Below are positions 8,815 through 15,703 of a stretch of 64,000 nt of DNA, piece by piece. The stretch comes from a virus. The notes below the pieces were generated by a model. The model had not been told where the DNA came from and did no database searches. It saw nothing but the letters and a program-made list of their open reading frames with translations. The stretch is from IMG/VR virus record IMGVR_UViG_3300045450_000145, positions 96,001 to 160,000 of that record; one strand, 5' to 3'. Every line of letters begins with the position of its first letter. The stretch's first letter is position 1. Both the position numbers and the translations under genes were made by a program.

Positions 8815-9219
8815 ATGAACAATATTGAACTAAGAGATAACTTGCTATCACAGGCAGAGAGCGCCTTTTTTGAGATGATTAAATTGGGTGATAACTTACT
8901 TGATGCCGCCCAGGTATATTTTGCCCAACATGCCACTATCACGAAATCTGACAAAATAAAGGAAAAGAATCTTGAGATTGCGGCCCGAGATATTGGCTCC
9001 TTACTAAAGCAGCTAGCATCAGAGATAGAGCGATGGAAGCGAAAAGATCGATTGTTGAGTAAAAACGGCGTCGAGCACGAAATCATTAATGAGCTCAGGG
9101 TGACGATGGAGGCAACGTTTATGTTCCTTACAAACAATAATATCAACCTCTCCAGGTTCACCCTCGTAGCTTTGAATAAAGCCCATGCAGACCTTATTAG
9201 GAGCAACAGACTGTTATGA
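8815..9219 (+). CDS. Hypothetical helical protein (134 aa)
   Basis: AAGGTG RBS; ORF in operon direction. Confidence 0.7.
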   Translation: MNNIELRDNLLSQAESAFFEMIKLGDNLLDAAQVYFAQHATITKSDKIKEKNLEIAARDIGSLLKQLASEIERWKRKDRLLSKNGVEHEIINELRVTMEATFMFLTNNNINLSRFTLVALNKAHADLIRSNRLL

Positions 9220-9371
9220 AATTATTCTTCTTAAAAAGCCTTATCTTTGTGGCTTTCTTCCCGGTCGCCCTTGTTCACGCAGCTCTAAACTTCGTTATTG
9301 GTGGTGCATTAGCCGCGTGGCTTGCCATCACCCTTGAGTATAATACACTAAAAGAAGTGTTGAAGTATTAA
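9216..9371 (+). CDS. Small membrane protein (51 aa; not in ORF track)
   Basis: MKLFFLKSLIFVAFFPVALVHAALNFVIGGALAAWLAITL...; ATGA overlap; AGGAG upstream. Confidence 0.65.
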   Translation: MKLFFLKSLIFVAFFPVALVHAALNFVIGGALAAWLAITLEYNTLKEVLKY

Positions 9372-9670
9372 GTGCTGCGCAGTAATGCGTAGTCGTCTCT
9401 ATCGTATTGGCGACCTGCTGATCTAGTTGCCAAGTTTGCTTTAGCCTTTGCCCACTCCTCTTCCTTCTTCTTTTTGCGGGCCTTTTCGGCCTCTTTCTTT
9501 TTCTCTTCCTCTTTTTCCTTCTTCTGCTGAAGAAGAGATTTTACCTGCTCGCCAGCTTTATCTTGATTAGGGGATTTGCCAAAAAACTTACCGAAGATTT
9601 CATTAATTTGATCTTCGTCTTTGCCGTTACATTCTTCAACGAAGGCATTAAAGGTCTTGAAGGTAATCAT
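9368..9670 (-). CDS. Late-expressed, probably head-internal charged protein (100 aa)
   Basis: MITFKTFNAFVEE N-terminus typical of T4-like internal proteins; K/E-rich; TAAATA at 9697-9702 on the minus strand. Confidence 0.6.
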   Translation of the reverse strand: MITFKTFNAFVEECNGKDEDQINEIFGKFFGKSPNQDKAGEQVKSLLQQKKEKEEEKKKEAEKARKKKKEEEWAKAKANLATRSAGRQYDRDDYALLRST

Positions 9671-9765
9671 AATACATCACACAAGTTATAAAGAATTATT
9701 TATCCTTAAAATTGATAACTTATACAAGTCTCTTAAGTTACAATTGTAAAAACAAAGGGGATTAA

Positions 9766-10377
9766 ATGGCTAAAGTTATCGGTTTATCTGGCCCTCAAGG
9801 TGGTGGCAAATCAACGCTTCTAAATGGGCTGCAGCTATATGGCATTAAGGTTGACGATTTTAAAGTTTCTAGATCAGTGCAAAAGCAACTTGGCTGGGAA
9901 TCTCTAGATAGAGCGACCAAAAATATTGACGATATGCTGGAGTTCCAAAACGAAATTAAAAGGCAGAAGTTTATTCACGACGGTGCGCTCGCAGCAGACG
10001 ACAGCGTGAAGGTCATTTTAGTCGAACGTACGTTCGCAGATATTGACGCATATTTTCAACTGTGGCTGAATAAGTTTTTATATAGAGGTGATATTGAAGA
10101 AGCTGAGCACAAGATGCTATCTAAGGATTTTGGGGCAAGCTGCAAATATGGGCAGCAAATTTATTATGCAAATATGATTCTGCCATATTCTAATACTGTT
10201 AAATGGGAGAATGATCCAAGTCGCGCTAAGCAAGAAGATTTAGATGCATTTGCGCAGCTATTAGATTACTTCTTTCTTGCTAAGAATCCAAAGCATGTAT
10301 TAGAATTTACCATCAACCAAATAACAATCGATGGTCGTATAAAAGAGGTATATGATTGGCTAAAGGGAATTAAATGA
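9766..10377 (+). CDS. P-loop kinase (nucleotide/polynucleotide kinase-like)
   Basis: N-terminal IGLSGPQGGGKST; LVERTFAD motif; lid D-x-x-R. Confidence 0.75.
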   Translation: MAKVIGLSGPQGGGKSTLLNGLQLYGIKVDDFKVSRSVQKQLGWESLDRATKNIDDMLEFQNEIKRQKFIHDGALAADDSVKVILVERTFADIDAYFQLWLNKFLYRGDIEEAEHKMLSKDFGASCKYGQQIYYANMILPYSNTVKWENDPSRAKQEDLDAFAQLLDYFFLAKNPKHVLEFTINQITIDGRIKEVYDWLKGIK

Positions 10378-10649
10378 CTGATGAAAATGTAGTTCGTTCT
10401 GCAATTGTAGATATTAAGCTCCAAATTGAGATGAATCTAGAGGAGCTCCTAACTGAGCTGATTGATTATCAACATAGCTGCATTTTAAAAGACGGAAAAA
10501 TTAATGAGCTGGCAATTTACCTGCGCAATGCAATGGCAGATGTTAGCATTCAACACGCTGAGCCAATTGCAACCCACAAGACAGTAATTGACTTAATTAA
10601 GATGAAGTGCGTTTATATTGTCTTTAGCGACTTTGAAGAAGGAAGGTGA
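10374..10649 (+). CDS. Hypothetical protein (91 aa)
   Basis: ATGA-coupled ORF. Confidence 0.65.
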   Translation: MTDENVVRSAIVDIKLQIEMNLEELLTELIDYQHSCILKDGKINELAIYLRNAMADVSIQHAEPIATHKTVIDLIKMKCVYIVFSDFEEGR

Positions 10650-10653
10650 TAAC

Positions 10654-10734
10654 ATGCTGGTCTTCAAAGTCATCGCAATGATAATCATATTGTTTGCAGT
10701 TTTATATTTTATAGGAATGATGGAAAATGACTAG
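10654..10734 (+). CDS. Tiny single-TM peptide (26 aa; not in ORF track)
   Basis: MLVFKVIAMIIILFAVLYFIGMMEND; GGAAGGTG RBS; overlaps the start of the next gene. Confidence 0.5.
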   Translation: MLVFKVIAMIIILFAVLYFIGMMEND

Positions 10735-11329
10735 GACTTATACTAAAGCACATCCTGGAGCCTATGGGCTGGCAATCGATTGGGAAACCACAGGTTCGAA
10801 CTTCGGTGGAGACAGCACGAAGGATTACCAGGGCATCTCATTTGGCGCAATTATTTTTGATACTGAAACTCTCGAGCCGGTTGAAGACCTGTATTGCCTA
10901 CTTCAATTTGACGATACAAAGTACAAGTGGTCAAATGAAGCCGAACGTATTCACGGTCTCACCAGAGAGCACCTAGCACAGCACGGCATGCCGCGTGATG
11001 AAGCTTTAGCTAATTTGCTTGATTTAATCCTGCGCTACATCGGCTCGGATAGCAAGGTGATGTTTTTGGGTCACAATGTCGCATTTGACGTGGATTTTAC
11101 GCATCAGCTATGTCGCGATTTTGGTATGGAGCTAAAGGTGCATCACGTAATGCTAGAAACTTCAGGCACTGCATTCTTACTAATTGGCAAGTATAAGTCA
11201 GATGACGTCTTTGAGTTCTTTACCGGTAAAACACGTGAAGGTTCTCACAACGCATTAGATGATGCCCACATGGCATTAGAGACCGCTCGTAATATGAAGC
11301 TTATTATGTCTACTGCCCTCGAAGCATGA
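10727..11329 (+). CDS. DEDDh 3'-5' exonuclease (DnaQ/oligoribonuclease-like)
   Basis: IDWETTG (ExoI), GHNVAFD (ExoII), HNALDDA (ExoIII). Confidence 0.9.
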   Translation: MTRTYTKAHPGAYGLAIDWETTGSNFGGDSTKDYQGISFGAIIFDTETLEPVEDLYCLLQFDDTKYKWSNEAERIHGLTREHLAQHGMPRDEALANLLDLILRYIGSDSKVMFLGHNVAFDVDFTHQLCRDFGMELKVHHVMLETSGTAFLLIGKYKSDDVFEFFTGKTREGSHNALDDAHMALETARNMKLIMSTALEA

Positions 11330-11547
11330 AGAGAATGGACCCATTGCTGAGGGTCATTGGCGAGGCCCCAGCAAACCAACTCCACGCTGACATGAGCAAG
11401 AAGGTAAGATGCTTAATTGGTTTGAATGACGATGTTATTATTAAGGAGTTAGGTGATATAATTGACGAGTGCAAGAAGAAAAATTACGGCTCTAAATTTG
11501 CGCTAAAAATTTTAGAGGACACACTAATGGTAGCCAAAAATGAATAA
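11326..11547 (+). CDS. Hypothetical protein (73 aa)
   Basis: Overlapping-stop coupled ORF. Confidence 0.6.
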   Translation: MKRMDPLLRVIGEAPANQLHADMSKKVRCLIGLNDDVIIKELGDIIDECKKKNYGSKFALKILEDTLMVAKNE

Positions 11548-11914
11548 TGTTAAGAGGGATCAAACAGCGGAGGAATATTCAAACTGGGTTGATACTACCT
11601 TCCCAGAATTTTCTAAGTGGAACTCGTCAGAGCCATTCTATCTATATAAAAACTGCAGTGTACGATTCAAAGTTCAATATGAACAGCGGCCGCTTGAAGG
11701 TGTCGGTATTGCAATTGAGAGAGATTTGCAGCTAGCAGATTTAGGTGTAGTCTGTGAAGATCAGGATAATAAGGATTTTTTAGATACATTCATTAGTAAG
11801 TTTGTTAACAGACTAAGTTTACACGACTTAGAGCACCTAATTGCGGGTTTAGAGAAGTGCGCATCTGATTGGCGCACAGAGATTATGATGTCCAAACTAA
11901 AAAGCATAAAATGA
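11540..11914 (+). CDS. Hypothetical protein (124 aa)
   Basis: ORF in operon. Confidence 0.6.
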   Translation: MNNVKRDQTAEEYSNWVDTTFPEFSKWNSSEPFYLYKNCSVRFKVQYEQRPLEGVGIAIERDLQLADLGVVCEDQDNKDFLDTFISKFVNRLSLHDLEHLIAGLEKCASDWRTEIMMSKLKSIK

Positions 11915-12420
11915 AATCACGCCTCGTTACATCTCCTCAAGTAAATTTTCGTGATGACGGCTACACTACTTTATTTCTAGCTGGCACTATTGACAATGGC
12001 ACATCAGTAGATTGGCAGAAGAAGGTAGCTAATGAGCTGCAAAATGAAAAGGTAACAATCTTTAATCCTCGCCGAGAAAGTTGGAATGCTGCCCCGACAC
12101 AAGAAGACCTTGAATTCCAGATTGAATGGGAACTAGAGAGAATCGAAATGTGTGAGTTTGTGCTGATGCACTTGGAAGATGACTCAAAGTCCCCAGTTTC
12201 ACTCCTAGAATTAGGGCTGCTACTTGCAACGCCTGACTTTGAACCGCAGTATGCAGCTAGTCGTAAAAAGCTAATTGTTTCGTGCAGCCCAAAATTCTAC
12301 CGCTATACTAACGTCGCTCGGACGTGTGAGAGATATGATACAATCATTTTCCATTCTCTAGATGACGCAATCGACGTCACGCGCCAGCGCATCAGAAGTG
12401 TGTACACAAATCCTGACTGA
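11911..12420 (+). CDS. Nucleoside 2-deoxyribosyltransferase-like (NDT/Rcl-fold) protein
   Basis: LFLAGTI...WQ...IFNPRR...QIEWE...SPVSLLELG pattern; start set at the ATGA overlap at 11911. Confidence 0.8.
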   Translation: MKSRLVTSPQVNFRDDGYTTLFLAGTIDNGTSVDWQKKVANELQNEKVTIFNPRRESWNAAPTQEDLEFQIEWELERIEMCEFVLMHLEDDSKSPVSLLELGLLLATPDFEPQYAASRKKLIVSCSPKFYRYTNVARTCERYDTIIFHSLDDAIDVTRQRIRSVYTNPD

Positions 12421-12429
12421 TGTTATAAT
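12401..12429 (+). promoter_or_regulatory. Early promoter TGTACA-N17-TATAAT (extended -10)
   Basis: TGTACA 12401-12406; TGtTATAAT 12421-12429; AGGAG RBS. Confidence 0.8.
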
Positions 12430-12452
12430 CCTTTTTTCAGGAGAATTATACT

Positions 12453-12800
12453 ATGTACACTCTATTTTTGGACGATGAGCGCTTCCCTTTTCCAAACACG
12501 GAGTGCGTAGTTATCGCACGCAATTTTGATCAAGCCGTTAAGGTAATTAACGACCTGGGAATTCCCACTAAGATTAGCTTCGACCATGACCTAGGTAATG
12601 ACAGCCAGAGTGGTAAGGAATTTCTAGACTGGCTCATTTACTGGCATCTTGAGTATGCTCACAACCTCGCAACAATTCAAGAAGTAATTGTTCATAGCGC
12701 CAACCCCATCGGCGCTCGCAACATCAAGGGGCTCTGGGATAACTTTGCTGACGTGTATCAGTTTGGTGTTATTGCGGAGCTCCGACCACGACTAACTTAA
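12453..12800 (+). CDS. Stand-alone receiver-fold protein (cyclic-phosphate-processing receiver type)
   Basis: LFLDDER...ISFDHDLG...G...IVHSANPIGARNI signature. Confidence 0.8.
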   Translation: MYTLFLDDERFPFPNTECVVIARNFDQAVKVINDLGIPTKISFDHDLGNDSQSGKEFLDWLIYWHLEYAHNLATIQEVIVHSANPIGARNIKGLWDNFADVYQFGVIAELRPRLT

Positions 12801-12803
12801 TAT

Positions 12804-12992
12804 ATGACCACATACGTGTATGATAATGAAGAGGTGAAACTTACAGGCCGAACAGCCATTCGTGAGTTTCAACAAGTCCCTAATAAACCAAAGGTAAAGC
12901 AAGAGCTAGTTGAAATTACCCCCGCCGACCCAGATAATGGGTCTTGGAAGAAGTGGGTGCAGCGAGGCGTGCTTTTTGAGGTTATAGAATAA
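12804..12992 (+). CDS. Hypothetical protein (62 aa)
   Basis: ORF in operon; conserved-looking EVKLTGRTA...WKKWV. Confidence 0.65.
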   Translation: MTTYVYDNEEVKLTGRTAIREFQQVPNKPKVKQELVEITPADPDNGSWKKWVQRGVLFEVIE

Positions 12993-13003
12993 GGAATAAA
13001 TAA

Positions 13004-13243
13004 ATGACAAGGTTCATGAACATTAGCGGGTGGCACCTTTTCTTTCTTGCCATCGCAATATCAGTAATTAACGTTGCCGCCATTATTGTCTTCTTGACAT
13101 ATAAGGAAATAGAGAAAATGCCAATAGTCCATTTTAATGAACAAGGCAACTGTATTAAGGTGGTTAACATTGAGAATGGGCATGCCTTTAATTGCAACGA
13201 CGTAGATGTCCTACTGAGGCAATATAAAACGCCACTTAAATGA
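13004..13243 (+). CDS. Membrane-anchored small protein (79 aa)
   Basis: N-terminal TM helix; two Cys; AAGGA RBS. Confidence 0.7.
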   Translation: MTRFMNISGWHLFFLAIAISVINVAAIIVFLTYKEIEKMPIVHFNEQGNCIKVVNIENGHAFNCNDVDVLLRQYKTPLK

Positions 13244-14355
13244 AAAAATATTTGCACCTCAAATGTACAAACTGCAAAAGAAGCGTTGATAAGTTAGTCA
13301 ACCTAACTCATTATCAACCTGACAAATGCACCATTACTTTGGGGTGTGAAGGTCGCTTACAACCGTTAGAATATAAATCTGACAGCAGCATCTCGGTCGC
13401 CCAAAAAACAGGGGCGACCGACTGGTATCCGCGCAACACAGAGATTATTAATAATAAGAAGCAGGTCGATATTAAGCTAATTGACTTGCAATCTGGAAGC
13501 TTGAAGCAAATTGTGATTGCGGTGCCACAGGAAGAGCCGCCTGAAGATGCAATTTATACCTTATCACTAAAGATCAAAGCAGATACTCCAAAGGAATATC
13601 GACAATACATCTTTAGAAAGTCTGGCGTCATTACAAGCATTTCTGGAATTGAGAGCGGTCTAGAAAAGAAAGCACTGCGTTTTAATGCATTTGGAGACTC
13701 GCCAGATTTAGTAGAAGTATTTGTGAATGGTGTTAAACGTGATCAAGGAAAAGGCAATTTAGATTACCAAATTTACATCGGTGACTCAGCATCTATCGCA
13801 CCACCTAACACCATTGTTTTCAATACTCCCATTGAACAGCCGGGCATTTCTCAAATTGACATTATTATTTCAAAAGACGCTCCAGCTAAAATTATTAACT
13901 TGCATTTTACTCGTAATCAATATGATGAAAGTCAAGTTAATACAGGTGCATATGAAAATATTAATTACCTTGAGCGCTTTATTAATGGTAAGTGGCAAAA
14001 GTACTATTTGTATACCCTAGATTTAAATGAAGGTATTATTGACTTGAATTCAATCTTATTACCAGTAAGAGAATCAGACGCATTCATCTTATTGGCAAGA
14101 AAGCCATATACTAAGTTAGATCGGTATAATACAATCATTTTTAAGCTTAATAACTTGAATGATAATGATTATCTAAAATACTTCAAAGAAAACAATAATA
14201 CGGTTCTAAAGGCGGCGGATACAAGTTTAGTGTCTGTATTCCCGCCATTGAGGTTCAACAAGTTCACAACTGAGAGTACAATTAAAACTAAATTAGCTGG
14301 CGATAGCGAGCAGTTAGTAATTGATGGATCAGTAATTATAGGACCAGATGCATGA
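13240..14355 (+). CDS. Hypothetical protein with N-terminal C4 zinc site (371 aa)
   Basis: CTNC...C-x5-C; beta-rich body. Confidence 0.7.
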   Translation: MKKYLHLKCTNCKRSVDKLVNLTHYQPDKCTITLGCEGRLQPLEYKSDSSISVAQKTGATDWYPRNTEIINNKKQVDIKLIDLQSGSLKQIVIAVPQEEPPEDAIYTLSLKIKADTPKEYRQYIFRKSGVITSISGIESGLEKKALRFNAFGDSPDLVEVFVNGVKRDQGKGNLDYQIYIGDSASIAPPNTIVFNTPIEQPGISQIDIIISKDAPAKIINLHFTRNQYDESQVNTGAYENINYLERFINGKWQKYYLYTLDLNEGIIDLNSILLPVRESDAFILLARKPYTKLDRYNTIIFKLNNLNDNDYLKYFKENNNTVLKAADTSLVSVFPPLRFNKFTTESTIKTKLAGDSEQLVIDGSVIIGPDA

Positions 14356-14813
14356 TTTCAAATCTTAAAGATTGCTTTTACGTTGTAAGAGCAGAAGGTG
14401 AAGCCGCAACTTGCCTTGCGCCAGTTTTATCAGAATCTATCCTTAGCGACATCAAGGAAGTAATTTTAATTTCGAAAGATTATAATACTGACATTGAAGC
14501 TGAGGTCAAGATGGAACAAGCAGTCAATACGCTTAAATCTAAAATTGAATACAGCCAAGATGGTATAGAACAAGTAGTTCGTAATCCTCTTTATTATCCA
14601 GTTAAGGATGATGCGCTAGATGCAGTATTAGAAGATGGCAGTGAAGACAGCTTGAAGTTTGTCGGCATGGATGGAAGCCCATTCACGATTAAGTCATTTA
14701 ATTTCTCGCTCAATGACAATAATTTAATTCAGGCAAAGGTAAGCTGTAAGCCATTTGACTTGCCAACTTATTCCGATATTGTTAAGTCCAACAAAGAATT
14801 CAAATACAACTAA
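14352..14813 (+). CDS. Hypothetical protein (153 aa)
   Basis: ATGA-coupled ORF. Confidence 0.7.
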   Translation: MISNLKDCFYVVRAEGEAATCLAPVLSESILSDIKEVILISKDYNTDIEAEVKMEQAVNTLKSKIEYSQDGIEQVVRNPLYYPVKDDALDAVLEDGSEDSLKFVGMDGSPFTIKSFNFSLNDNNLIQAKVSCKPFDLPTYSDIVKSNKEFKYN

Positions 14814-15205
14814 TGAATAATACAATATATGTTTATGCGTTAAGCATAAAGCTTGATGGCATCTCGGGCACGAACATCGGTTTAATTTTCGATGGAGTTA
14901 CGGACATTTTAATTAACTCAAATGACTTCACCAATTACACCGACGCGGTGGATAGCGCTAACAAGCTAATGGGCGAAGTTCTAGATGATTTGAATAAGAA
15001 TACGTGCGATCGCTCGTTTGTTTTATTTTCTGAGATTAACCCAATCTACTGTGAAGAACCTGGTCGAGCAGATGACTGGGAAGACTCTGAGATGGCGCGC
15101 ATTTGGATTCTAGACGAGGTAACTAAGGAAGAGAATGTCATGCAGGCAGTCGCTGAACTGAAGATGATCTCACTGGTGAGTGATGAACCACATTACCTCA
15201 ACTAA
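14813..15205 (+). CDS. Hypothetical protein (130 aa)
   Basis: TAATG-coupled ORF. Confidence 0.7.
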   Translation: MNNTIYVYALSIKLDGISGTNIGLIFDGVTDILINSNDFTNYTDAVDSANKLMGEVLDDLNKNTCDRSFVLFSEINPIYCEEPGRADDWEDSEMARIWILDEVTKEENVMQAVAELKMISLVSDEPHYLN

Positions 15206-15269
15206 TTTAGGTCTCATTATTTTACAACTTATTATACAATTATTATCTCTTTACTAACACGAGGAAAAA

Positions 15270-15608
15270 ATGACAAAAGACTTGACAGGCGCAAAGGCAG
15301 CAAAGTTCCGTACCATCCAAGAAATCATGCAGCAGCCAAGCATGAAGGCAAAGCTCTCAAGCTACATTGATGAAGCGGTTCAGTGCAAGAGCAAGATTTC
15401 CTATGAACAAGACAACATCAAGGCGCTGCGAGAGCAGGCACTTGATGAGCTAGGCTTGAAGCCAGCGATGTTCAATCAGTACGTCGCGATGGTGTATTCA
15501 AATGACTACGTTCAACGCAAGGAAAAGCTTGAAGAACTAGTAGATTTAGTCGATTACGTAATGGAAGACCAGAATTTACTTCCAGGCCCACGTGCTGACG
15601 ATGAGTAA
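15270..15608 (+). CDS. T4 DsbA/GapR-like double-stranded DNA-binding protein
   Basis: Helical pattern IDEAVQCKSKISYEQDNIKALREQALDELGLKPAMFNQYV; sits next to the polymerase; GAGG RBS. Confidence 0.6.
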   Translation: MTKDLTGAKAAKFRTIQEIMQQPSMKAKLSSYIDEAVQCKSKISYEQDNIKALREQALDELGLKPAMFNQYVAMVYSNDYVQRKEKLEELVDLVDYVMEDQNLLPGPRADDE

Positions 15609-15673
15609 CATTCGTAATAGTTACGATAAAACCGTGGGTATCGGATTTACCCAACTTATAATTAACGGACCCG

Positions 15674-15703
15674 TCGTCCATAAAACAGACGAAAAAGGAA
15701 ATA
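15674..15703 (+). promoter_or_regulatory. Candidate translational operator hairpin abutting the DNA polymerase RBS
   Basis: TCGTC-cataaaaca-GACGA immediately 5' of AAGGA and ATG 15704. Confidence 0.45.

Noticed and set aside
10790-10810. GGTTCGAA tRNA T-loop-like strings (also at 23329-23336)
   Set aside because: They fall inside a CDS or a promoter spacer, and no acceptor, D or anticodon stems can be built around them.
12997-13002. TAAATA boxes at 12997 and at 39832 (minus strand) as late promoters
   Set aside because: Both lie within a few nt of the start codon, inside the RBS spacer, unlike the 26-37 nt spacing of the credible late promoters.
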